From Eledone cirrhosa (taxonomy: Eukaryota): a stretch of DNA of 64,000 nt. Of this stretch, positions 13,085 through 23,989 are shown in pieces. Position 1 is the stretch's first letter. Every line of letters begins with the position of its first letter. The position numbers and the translations under genes are program-made. Location of the stretch: the NCBI GenBank assembly GCA_964016885.1, contig OZ024742.1:220100001-220164000 (forward strand), read 5' to 3'. The notes under the pieces are model-generated. The model was not told the origin of the DNA, did no database searches, and saw only the letters and a list, made by a program, of their open reading frames with translations.

Positions 13085-13370
13085 GATCTACACAATAAAT
13101 GCATGCAGTACATGTTGTAAATTGGTTGGTGATAGGAAGGGCAACAAAGGGTTGGGTGGCTCCTTCAGCCTTGTCAATAGCATGACAACCACCCTAGTGT
13201 TGGTGCCATGATAAAATGCACTTGATAAAATGTGGGACCATATGTAAGCAAGCTGTGGACACCCTGACCTGTCTAGAAGGTCAGTAAACACACTTCAGTA
13301 CTGACTCAGTCTGTGAAGACCCATCAAACCCTTGCTAGCAGGGAAAGTAGATAGTAAATAATGATGAGGA
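13085..13370 (+). mobile_element. SINE body with RTE-like 3' tail (paralogue at 18470-18790)
   Basis: gttggtgataggaagggc...ggtgccatgataaaatgcact...gaagacccatcaaacccttgctagcagggaaagt; the tail matches the RTE 3' end at 44700-44757. Confidence 0.65.
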
Positions 13371-14034
13371 TTATATTCATAGATGTAAACACCTTGTTTT
13401 TATATACATTATCTCTATGGATAGAAAAAGAAGGACCAGCTGGATTAGGTTCAATCCTGTGTCGGTTTTTCATTGGTGAATGAGTATTTTTAACTGTCCA
13501 TGGAGATACTGCTAATAATCCAAACAGTGCTGTCCATGAAAATATTGTATATAATGACAGTGCTTAAATTTGCCTATTACACACAGTATTTTCTAAAATC
13601 AATACAAAATATGTCAAGAATTAGCTACCAAAAACGCATTACATAAGCACATCATTCTCTGTAGACAATTAAAATTGGCCTCAGTTGCTGATGAAATCCC
13701 AACACTAGCTTAACTAATCCCTCTTTTTCTGTTTATGAAGACTTTGTACATAAAGACAACCTGTTTCCATCTGCCTATTACATAGTGTTGGCTAAAAGCT
13801 ATAGATATATTCAATAGTACAGTATAGCTTTGAAACGAACCACTGTTAACATGCCGATAATTTATTAATCTTGATAGATATCTTTTACAAAATCTTGACT
13901 CACACACAAGACTTGTTGCCTATATTACACTGTCATTCTAACACAATCACAAGACAGTTCTAATTCTTTTGACCTTGTACCCTTATTCTTGAAAGCTGCT
14001 TTCTGAATTGAGTGCAGTGATATTAAATATGCAG

Positions 14035-14565
14035 TAGAGGAACCTGGCTTAGTGGTTAGAGAATTGGATTCACAATCGTGTGGTTTAAGTTCGATTTCTG
14101 GACTAGCCGATGCATTATGTCCTTCAGTAAGTCCCTATTTCACATTGCTCTTTCTGCCAAGAATTGTGACCAGTAGATAGTATCAGTAATGGAAATAGAA
14201 AGACCATTGGAAACATTGTTTCTTTGGTCCAATTTGACAAGTTACACCCTACTCGGTAAGCAAATGAGGTCTGGGATCTTGTCAATTGAACTCTATATCA
14301 ATCACAGTGAAGATAATCCATGTAATGTTATTTTATGCTAACTTAATATCAATTTCTTATTTAAGCTCAAGATCAGAAAATTTGGGGGAAGGATAAAGTT
14401 GATGAAATCAACCCCAGTACTTAATGGATAGAAAGTCGAAAGTCTACTTAATGGATAGAAAGTCTCAAGAGAAGTCTGGGATTTTGTCAATCAATTTCTC
14501 CATCTCCATCCATTAGCAAACTACAGAAATAAATAGGGAAATATTTGAAGGATAAAAAGCAAAAA
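14035..14565 (+). mobile_element. Composite tRNA-head element / duplicated block (inverted paralogue at 46882-47360)
   Basis: tRNA-SINE head followed by ccaatttgacaagttacaccctactcggtaagcaaatgaggtctgggatcttg.... Related copies at 16705-16950, 46882-47360, 48100-48310 and 61525-61715. Confidence 0.7.
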
Positions 14566-14796
14566 TATAGATTTCTTGTTTAAACACAAAGTCAGAAAAT
14601 TTGGGGGAATAGTAAAGTTGATTAAATGAACCCCAGTACTTAACTGATACTTCATTTTATTGATACCAGAAGAATGAAAGGCAAAGTTGATCTCAGCAGG
14701 ATTTGAACTCATGAATGTAAAAAGTCAGACCAACTACTGCACTGTCATTCCATCAGACACTCTTCTAATTCTGCCAATCTACCACCCTATGCTAAC

Positions 14797-14973
14797 ATAA
14801 TTGTTTCTACTTTAGGCACAAGGCCAGCAATTACTGGTACTTTATTTTATCGACCCCGTAAGGATGAAAGGCAAAGTCAACCTCGGCGGGATTTGAACTC
14901 AGATCATAAAGGGACGTAACTATGCTGGAAAGCATGGCGTCCGACCCTCTACCGATACTGCCAATCCACCACC
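14797..14973 (-). mobile_element. SINE family A, young copy (older copy adjacent at 14570-14790)
   Basis: Near-identical to 9558-9752, with a small internal deletion. Flanked by repeated tatgctaacataat (about 14788-14801 and 14975-14988), a probable TSD. Confidence 0.88.
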
Positions 14974-15621
14974 TTATGCTAACATAATGAACTGGAAAGA
15001 TCATTAAAGTGTTAAATTATGTCTTTCAGTATTTATGTCTGTCTTATATTTTCAGGTTGTGGATGCAACATAGCCAAATGGTTAAAGAATTGGTTCATAA
15101 TCTCTAGGTCACAGATTTGCTTCCACTGCTTGACATCTGGGTTGACCCAAATCATGTGAGTAAAATTGGGTAGATGGAAGCTGTAATTTAAAATAGGCCA
15201 ACCTTTCCCTGCACTGCATCATGTTAAATCTTTCTGAAAATTACGTTTAGAGTACACGTCTGTGGAATGCTCAACCACTAACATCTTAAATCATGAGCAG
15301 GCTGTTCCATTATTTGAACAGCTGGAAGTGATGGAGGCCCATTCTTTTCTTATATTCTAAATTCAATTCCTGCAGAGGTTTATTTTATCTTTTATTTCTA
15401 TAAGGACAATAAAATAAATTTCAGTCATTACTAGAGTTAATTAAGGAGTAGATTCAGTTTGTCACCTGATCCTTTTAGTTCCTTTAGCAGAATCAAAGAC
15501 ATTAAAGTACTGAAGCTCTGCTAAAGTTAGTGTTGCATACACTTAATCTTCATCTTTAGTCTACCTTTCCTCCATAGATCAGAGTCTACTCTTAGATCAG
15601 AAAATGAATACCAATAATAAC

Positions 15622-15870
15622 AATAACAAAGAAATTGAAATGTTACGTTTAAAATAATTCTTTCTTATATTTTGGGTAAAATACTTCTCTATGAATATGT
15701 TAAGAGAACTGGAGAGGAAGAGAAGGATAGAAAGAGGAGAGAGGGTTGTTATATGCCCATTTGGCTGGCCTACCTAATACAATTCTTTGTAAAGAGATAT
15801 TTTACCCAAAATATAAGGACCAATTAAATGTTTGTTTCAACAGTAACATTTCAATATGTTTGTTATTGTC
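15622..15870. repeat. Degenerate inverted repeat (MITE or old fold-back element)
   Basis: aataacaaagaaattgaaatgttac...cttatattttgggtaaaata versus tattttacccaaaatataag...gtaacatttcaatatgtttgttatt. Confidence 0.6.
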
Positions 15871-16494
15871 ATTACTCTCTTAGACATTTTTTGCCTTCTC
15901 CCGATGTAAGAAACCATTATTATAAAGTACAAATCCTCCACTCAAACATTTGAAGATGTCTTCATTAAATTATGTTCCTGATATTTTAACTATGTAGAAC
16001 CAAGATTAAAAATTAATTGTGGAATTATTAACAGAATAAATATGTTGAAAAACAAAAGACATTCATCATACACTGCTTGCTGGCTAATTAGAAATTCCCA
16101 TATATCTATATATAGTTATATTAAATTCAATACAACATTAACTGATATGAGGAATATAGTATATGATGTTCTGAATTCCCAGTCATTTTCAGCTGCTAAT
16201 TTAAATGTGTATGATACATTTAAACACATTACTCACTTGATTTCAGATGTTATACTGATTATGAAACATATATCATTGCAGCCACAGTCGAACATTCCTG
16301 ACAAAGTCTCTCAACAATTCACAATTTTTCATTGTGCCTGGCAACTGCTCCTTACTGAGGTTTGTATCGTCTGAGAGTTGATCGATGAATGTTCGAGCAG
16401 ATCTTCCTCTACAACATCTCCCATGAGTTGGTTCCCACAGTAGTAGCTTGTGTATAACTTCTTGTTTACTTCAACAACAGCAATGTCCTCATAC

Positions 16495-16640
16495 ATAATT
16501 GTTTCTACTTTTGGCACAAGGCAAGCAATTATCCAGTAGATTACTGGTACTATATTTTATCGACCCCATAAGGATGAAAGGCAAAGTTAACCTCGGCGGG
16601 ATTTGAACTCAGAATGGCAAGGGCCGTAACTCTATGTGTC
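16495..16640 (-). mobile_element. SINE family A, 5'-truncated
   Basis: taattgtttctacttttggcacaagg...atcgaccccataaggatgaaaggcaaagttaacctcggcgggatttgaactcag. Confidence 0.85.
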
Positions 16641-18912
16641 AAATATTAAGAAATATGATGATAAAATGGTTGAGACAGTGGACTACCAGACCAATTTTTT
16701 AAAATCAAACAAGATCCTTGACCTCATCTGCTTACCAAGTGGGGTGGAACTCATCAAATCTGACTAAGGAAAGATAGGTTCCATTGGTCTTTCCAATTGC
16801 TTATACTATCTAGCAGTTGCAACTCCTGGCAGAAGGAGCAATGTGAAATAAAGTGTCTTGCTCAAGGACATAATGCATCACCTGGTTCTGCAATCAAACT
16901 TGCAACCTCACAATTGTGAATTTGATTCTCTAACCACTCAGTCAAGTACCTCTGACTCAATAGTATACAGTATTTAGTTTCATTCTTTTGTGTTTCAAGT
17001 TCAATTCCTATGTGAGAGAAAACCACCTTAGTTGTCATTCTTCAGAAGTAGATAAAATGAATACCATGCATATTACTAGAGGAGGAGGTTAATCTAATTG
17101 AATTCAAACTCTCCTGTGATGGGTGATGATATACCAATGTACATGAATATCACTGTATTAAGATCTACAAAGCAATGTTTGAAATATCTATATTAAAGAA
17201 CATTTCATATCTATGAAAAATATCATTTTCAATATATGCCAAACTTTACTAAATTTGTTCTAGTCACTATTTAGATTTCGTCTTTCCTAAATCATTACAA
17301 ATCTTCTTACAATATAATACCATATTCTAAGTCACACAATTCTATAGTTATATTTGTGCAAATATATCTGTCTGAAACAAAATTATTCACCACTTCTTGG
17401 TGCTCTTTGAAGTAAATTTTACTTATGCATCTTCATTTTATTCTATCTCCCATGAGTAATGTTTTTTTTTTACTTTAGCTGTTCAAAAAGATCAATAAGT
17501 TAGCTTTGATCCTCTATCATCAAGCCATGGGCTATAAACTAACTCTTTTATAGATCATGCTATAACAACAACAAGGACAACAAAAACAATTTTAAAAAGG
17601 CTACTGCGATATCAAAAGAAAGAAAGAAAAATCAGGAATGATAATAATTGCACACATGTGAAGAATATATGAAGGGATAAATTGAGATATGTTTGAAGAA
17701 ATAAAAATTAATGATATCATAAATTGTCTACTGAATATGGTCATTGATGTAGAAAGAACAGATGGTGGAGATTAAGAAGGGAAATAAGAACAGTTAGAAA
17801 CAGATGTTTCTAGAAGAAAATATTTTCATAAATTGAGTTGCTGTCCTAGTAAGGACTTTGGGGAACCAAATTAGAGTCTGGTAATGAAAGTGATAAGAAT
17901 ATCTTGATGTTACGTTACACTTATGTTTATTAGATAATTTTTTCTCTAGAAAAACATTATTGACAATCATTATCATTATTGTTGTTGTTATGCCTGGTTT
18001 TCCATGTTGGCATGGGATGGCTGAGATTCTTTTGAGGCAGTATTTCTGTGACTAAATACCATTCCTAACAAACCATACTGTATTTTTAAGTATCATATAT
18101 ACCACTGAAGATATGGTTAAGGATAGAGAAGGATGGATAGTAATTGTTCATTGCAATTTTCCGACCATCAGTCATGGTGATGCAGAATGCAGTGAAATGG
18201 AATATAACTCTGACTTTTATTGAACTGCAGGGTGTATTGTTTATGAGGAACAAACAAAAGTCACTGCTTGATTTAAGCAGTTTCAATATGAAGACAGGTG
18301 CACACATACACACATATAGGAGGAGGAGGAGGAGGTAGATGAGGAGGAGGAAGCTGAGAGGGTAGGAGATGAGGAGAGGAGGAGGAGGTGGAGATCTACC
18401 TTTATAAGAACGGAAAAATATATGTTTTTTTTTTAGAATTGTTGGGGAGCTCTCAGTTGTGTCAATGGCATAACAACTTCTCTAGAGTTGGTGGTTTACA
18501 CAATAGACACACCAAGAACACACTGTGAAGTGGTTGTTGATAGGAAGGGCATCCAGCTGTAGAAAGCTTGCCAAACAAAGGGTTCGGAGCACCTCCAGTT
18601 TTGTCAAAGACATGACAATCACTCTGCTGGTACCATGATAAATGCACTCAGTAGAACGTGGAACCATATGCGAGATGAAAAACCCTCAGCCTATCAGGAG
18701 GTTGGTAACCCTGCTTCAGTACTGACTAGGTCTGTGAAGACCCATCCAACACTTGCTAGCAGGGAAAGTGAATGTTAAATGATATATATAATTTTTTATA
18801 TATATATACATCATCATCATCATATATACACTGGCAGAGAATATCTCAACTGCATCTCTTCTGAGAGAGAGAGAGAGAGTGAGGGAGAGAGAAAGTGAGT
18901 GAGTGTGTGAGT

Positions 18913-19068
18913 GTCAGGTTCAATCACAGGTAACCACCGTGGGTAAGGCACTCAATACATAGAGTATATATAATGTTTAATATAGAAATGGCTTCTTCAG
19001 GACTAGAACTGTTTCATTCAAAGGAAACAGTTCTAGTCCTGTAGAAGCCATTCCTATATTAAACATTA
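18913..19068. repeat. Short fold-back, probable PLE pseudo-LTR remnant
   Basis: ataatgtttaatatagaaatggcttcttcaggactagaactgtttc (about 18970-19015) pairs with gaaacagttctagtcctgtagaagccattcctatattaaacattat (19024-19069). Both arms start at GAAAC. Confidence 0.7.
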
Positions 19069-19518
19069 TCTAAACTATAAAAAAGTAAGAAGCGCGGGAC
19101 TGCGTATGGTTTATAATTTTTTATCCTCTTAGTAAAATAAGTTGGATTACTTTGAATAAATAATGAATGAATATTACATAATTTATCTACTAAATTTCGT
19201 GGCTGTTCATTAAATATATTTTATTACTTATTTAAAGATTCACTTCTTTAAAATTTTCAAATGTCAACACTTCCAGCTAGCGATCGTTTAAATAAATATT
19301 CATATTTTTCTGTCACTAATTATCTCCTAATGCAGTTTATATATAATATCGTCTTTTTTTAATGTATCATGGATCACTTTACTGATTACATAAGAGAGTG
19401 TAACACAGTCTTCGTTCAATTTCTGTTTATATTGTCAATTACGATTTTATTTGATGTATCGTATCTTCATGCATGTATACTTGTGTATAATATCAATATA
19501 CACACTACAAATACTAGC
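19069..19518 (+). mobile_element. Non-autonomous Helitron, 3' end truncated
   Basis: Starts A|TCTAAACTATAA. Inverted paralogue of 22625-23166, which has the complete hairpin + CTAG|T end. Confidence 0.7.
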
Positions 19519-20880
19519 ATACTCATCCTTACATCATCCCGTGAGGAGGCAGATAAAATATACACAACATTCTCCAGCATGGACGCCAGTATAAAGTTCA
19601 GCATGGAACACCCCGATGACCATGGATCCCTATCCCTACTGGACTTCCAACTCTGGGTAACAGAGGAAGGCAACATCCACACCTGTTCGTACATTTCAGA
19701 TCGGCCCTCCCAGCCGGCGCTAAGTTCGGATACATAAGGAACGAACTAACATGTATCCGGAACAAATGCCCCGACGCTAGAGACCAAAACACACACACCA
19801 CACATTTCCTGGAAGTACTCAAACTGAACAGATACATGACATCCACCACAAACCGTGCCAGAAAGAACAGAGGACACCACACCCGAGGCACTAACACTTG
19901 CTTCCTGAAGCTCCCACACTTCAGTGACGAAACAACAACAGACATCCGCAGAGCTATCAGACGAGAGGGACTAGATATCCAATTGACCCACTCAGGACCT
20001 TCTCTACGCGGACAGCTAGCCAAAAGACACTCCACCAGATGACAACCGCTGCAGGCTAGCCAACTTCCCCATCAAAGACACAGACCTATGCCGCCAGGCT
20101 TACGTCATATACAGACTAGAGTGCAACAAATGCAGCAACGTCTACATAGGTAGCACCACCAGACCACTCCACATAAGAATAAAAGAACACCTCAATACTA
20201 ACGCTTCCTCATTTAAGAAACACCTAGTGAAATGCAAAAACACCAACAAAACCATAACAGTTAGGTTAGAAACTAAGGAAAGAAACCTCGGCAATCTTAG
20301 AATTAGGGAAGCACTAATTATAGACAAAACACTACTACCAATAAATAATAGACTAGAACTCAACACCCAATTTATAACTTGATAGAGCATCTAGCCCCAT
20401 ACTTACACCCCCCTCCCACCAAAACGCTTACACCTCCACTTATTCTCTCTCACACACACACACATACAAAGACCAGTTCTAACACGAGAGGACATCTATC
20501 CCCCACATTTACATATAGACATATCTTCTCACACTCACACACACTTACTTACACATTCACGCATTCTCCCACACAATTAAACAGAAAAAAAACCTTTTAA
20601 AGAGAGACTACTCTTTATCCACCTAACTTTAACTCTTTGACATTAGAGAAAGAACAGATACTCTATACCATTTCCTGTCAGCATGACTTCGCAAGCTATT
20701 TAGAACACTGGTTTAACTGCTTTACTTCCCTCTGAAGAAGAGATATTATCTCGAAAATTAAGGACATTTAAATAAATCTAAGATAAAAGACTAATTGTCA
20801 ACAATATTTTTTGCATTTGCATTTTTTATTCTATGTCCATACCTGCATTGTTTGGCTTTACAAATTCAAACGTTTATAAA
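19519..20880 (+). mobile_element. Penelope-like element, 5'-truncated (RT thumb + GIY-YIG endonuclease + pseudo-LTR with hammerhead)
   Basis: IKFSMEHPDDHGSLSLLDFQL (PLE RT C-terminus). VIYRLECNKCSNVYIGSTTRPLHIRIKEH...LRIREALII at about 20104-20380. HHR at 20728-20764. Ends in (TA)n. Confidence 0.88.
20728..20764 (+). ncRNA. Minimal type-I hammerhead ribozyme motif of the PLE
   Basis: CCT-CTGAAGA-A-GAGAT(ATT)ATCTC-GAAA-AT-TA-AGG: stem I CCT/AGG, 5-bp stem II, palindromic AAUU stem III. Confidence 0.72.
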
Positions 20881-20893
20881 TATATATATATAT

Positions 20894-21222
20894 GGAGGCA
20901 AATGGCTTAGTGGTTAGAGCATTGGCCTTGCAATCGAAAGGTTGTGAGTTCAATTCTCAGACCAGGTGATGTGTTGTTTGCTTGAGCAAGACACTTTATT
21001 TCACATTGCTCCAGTTTATTCAGCTGTAGAAATGAGATGAGAGGGACTGGGGTCCATATCATTCCACTGCAAAGTGTTCGTGGAGGTACCATGGCAAAAA
21101 AGTACCCAGCACTCACTGTAAATGAGGTTGGTGTTAGGAAGGGCATCCAGCTGTAGAAATCAAGCCAGAATCAGTTCCCGTCCCACCCTTGCAAGCAGGG
21201 AAAAGCGGACGTAAAATGAAAA
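20894..21222 (+). mobile_element. Near-complete tRNA-derived SINE with RTE-derived 3' tail
   Basis: Head ggaggcaaatggcttagtggttagagc...gagttcaattc (A/B boxes). Tail cccttgcaagcagggaaaagcggacgtaaaatga matches the RTE 3' end at 44708-44742. Confidence 0.85.
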
Positions 21223-21414
21223 AATTATGATATATATATAAAAGGTGTGTGCTCGTTTTTATATTTATAAATGGCAGGAGCCCTTGTATGTCAGTATATA
21301 AGCTTGCGAGATAAACAAGTTCCCTTAACAATTAAATATATATGTATATATATATGTGTGTGCGTGTCTATATTTGAGATAAAGGGTAGTGTGCTCATAT
21401 GTTGACATGCTATA

Positions 21415-21750
21415 CACCGGATAGAATCGATTTCATCTGGATGGAACCAGTGAGAACTAGTTCTAGCTGGATAGAACCGGTTATAACCGGATATAGCCTG
21501 AGGTGACAGATATACTGATAGAAATGGTTAAAACCAGATAAAACTGGTATAACCAGACAGGACGGAACCGGTAGAAACCACTTACAACCAGATAGAACTG
21601 GATGGAACTAATTGAGACCAGATAGAACTGGATGGAACGGCAGAGAACTGGTTCTACCTGGTTAAAGCCATTTCTAACTGGATAGAACAGGTTCTAATCA
21701 AATGGAATTGAGTACTTAGCTGAACATGATCTTACTAGTCTAAACTGGTA
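21415..21750. repeat. Degenerate tandem repeat of (gga)tagaaccggt-like units
   Basis: Recurrent gatagaac(c/t)gg and gttctagctgg motifs at 10-20-bp spacing. Confidence 0.6.
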
Positions 21751-21956
21751 ACTCCCAATCTGAATATATCATCATCATCATTGTTGTTGTTTAACGTCTA
21801 TCTTCCATGCTAGCATGGGTTAGATGGGAATTGTCCCACTTGTGGCAAGATTGATCGGGTGACCGTGTTTCACTCGTATAGGACTGTATCTGGCAGGCTT
21901 TCTACGGCTGGATGCCCTTCCTAACACCAACCACATTTATATATGTATATATATAT

Positions 21957-22120
21957 ATAGGAAAATGTTCAAGACCCCGATAGCAGAGTTCAAGCCGTTT
22001 CGACAGCTATTTCTGCTGTCAGGTCTTGAACATTTTCCTATTACCCACTCTACTACCCTAAGTATTGAGTACTCTGGTGCGTTATGGTCCACCTGATTCC
22101 TTACCACACTTCCTTCTTTA
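21957..22120. repeat. Short fold-back in (TA)n, probable PLE pseudo-LTR remnant
   Basis: ataggaaaatgttcaagacc-ccgatagcaga (21957-21987) pairs with tctgctgtcaggtcttgaacattttcctat (22012-22041). CGAAAC on the minus strand in the loop. (TA)n on both sides. Confidence 0.7.
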
Positions 22121-22280
22121 TATATATATATGTGTGTATGCTTGCTTGAGTCCCAATACAGGCAATAAAAAAGTTCACAAGATGAGTTTCAGCTGAATAT
22201 CCAAGCATCCAAGCAGTCATTCCAGTTAAAAAATAAAAAAATAGAGTCTATTAGTAGTATGACAAAGTCCGTTTATTATA

Positions 22281-22525
22281 TCAGTTGATCTGGTCTGTTA
22301 TTGTGTAATTTCTCCATTTTTCTCTTGTCTGCTTCCTTTGGTTTTCAATATCAATACTTACATTATGAATTAGCTTCCGCCATATTGGTCTGTCATCAAC
22401 ATAATGCCTCCAGCAGAGAAGAATGTTACCTTTTCTCAAAATATCCTTGATCGTGTCCTTATACCTCAAGAGAGGGCATCCAACATGTTGAGCACCATCC
22501 TCAACCTCACCAAAAAGAAGAATAC
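22281..22525 (-). mobile_element. RTE-clade LINE 3' fragment
   Basis: ILLFGEVEDG...GCPLLRYKDTIKDIL...W...DRPIWRKLI, the typical RTE C-terminus. Confidence 0.7.
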
Positions 22526-22624
22526 ACACACAGACAATTTCAAATTATTTTTTTAACAATATTTATAGACTACTCATTGGAATTGAACAAAATGTTTACA
22601 GAATGATGACAATAGTTATATGCA

Positions 22625-23166
22625 CTAGCAGAAAAAACACCTTTTGGGTGGTTTTCTGCTAGCATGTGTAGTGTGTATATTGATATTAAACGCAGGTATA
22701 TATACATGTAGATATGATACATCTAATAATATCGTAATTGACAATATACACAGAAATTGAACGAAGACTGTGTTACACTGTCTTATGTAATCAGTAACAT
22801 AATCCATGATACATTAAAAAAGACATTATATATAAACTGCATTAGGAGAAAATTAATGTTTATTTAAGTGATGGCCAACCGGAATTGTTGACATTTCAGA
22901 AATTTTAAAGACGTGAATCTTTAAATAAACAAAATATATCTAAATATATCTAATCAACAGCCACAAAATTTAGTAGATAAATTATGTAATATTCATTCAT
23001 TATTTATTCAAAGTAATATAGTACCAGTAATGCACTGGGTAATTGCTGGCCTTGTCCTAAAGTAGAAACAATTATTTATTCAAAGTAATACAACTTATTT
23101 TACTAATGGGATAAAAAATGATAAACCGTACGCAGTCCCGCGCTCCTTACTTTATTATAGTTTAGA
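22625..23166 (-). mobile_element. Non-autonomous Helitron, complete ends
   Basis: 5' A|TCTAAACTATAATAAAG and 3' CTAGCAGAAAACCACCCAAAAGGTGTTTTTTCTGCTAG|T (hairpin + CTAG). Inserted between A and T with no TSD. Confidence 0.8.
23019..23070 (+). mobile_element. 5'-truncated SINE family A with 20-bp TSD
   Basis: gtaccagtaatgcactggg...gtagaaaca flanked by attatttattcaaagtaata at 22999-23018 and 23071-23090. Absent from the paralogous Helitron at 19069. Confidence 0.85.
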
Positions 23167-23364
23167 TGTGGTGTGTAAATAACGTAAGGTTCCATAAAAC
23201 ACCACAGAAACTACGGCCAGTTACCAAATTCATGTAAACTTTCACTGTTTCAAATTATTAACAAGGTGTAATTAAAACTCATGTAAACAAGAAAATACCA
23301 ATTTAATTGTTTGATGTCATAAACATGGAAGAAATGGAAATAAACGACGTTAAAAAATGATAGA

Positions 23365-23989
23365 TTAGCTGGTTAGTAAGGGATATATGAGCTGGTTAGT
23401 AGGGGAAAAATGAGTTGGTTAGTAGGGGAAAAATGAGTTGGTTAGTAGGGGAAAAATGAGCTGGTTAGTTGGGGATATATGAGCTGGTTAGTTGGGGATA
23501 TATGAGCTGGTTAGTTGGGGATATATGAGCTGGTTAGTTGGGGATATATGAGCTGGTTAGTTGGGGATATATGAGCTGGTTAGTTGGGGATATATGAGCT
23601 GGTTAGTTGGGGATATATTGGCTGGTTAGTTGGGGATATATGAGCTGGTTAGTAGGGGATATATGAGCTGGTTAGTAGGGGATATATGAGCTGGTTAGTA
23701 GGGGATATATGAGCTGGTTAGTTGGGGATATATGAGCTGGTTAGTAGGGGATATATGAGCTGGTTAGTAGGGGATATATTGGCTGGTTAGTTGGGATAGA
23801 TGAACTGGTTAGTAGAGGATATATGAGCTGGTTAGTAAGGGATATATGAGCTGGTTAGTAGGGGATAGATGAGCTGGTTAGTAGGGGATAGATGAGCTGG
23901 TTAGTAGGGGATAGATGAGCTGGTTAGTATGGGATATATGAGCTGGTTAATATGGGATATATGAGCTGGTTAGTAGGGGATATATGAGC
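23365..23989. repeat. 23-bp minisatellite (gagctggttagt(a/t)ggggatatat), about 27 copies
   Basis: Period of 23 read directly (ctgg at 23461, 23484, 23507). Confidence 0.97.

Noticed and set aside
20894-20966. tRNA gene
   Set aside because: A/B boxes are present but there is no intact cloverleaf, and it runs into a SINE body repeated elsewhere in the window.
23365-23989. Regular repeats (also 38772-39070) as CRISPR arrays
   Set aside because: Contiguous tandem units with no unique spacers, in a eukaryotic context without cas genes.
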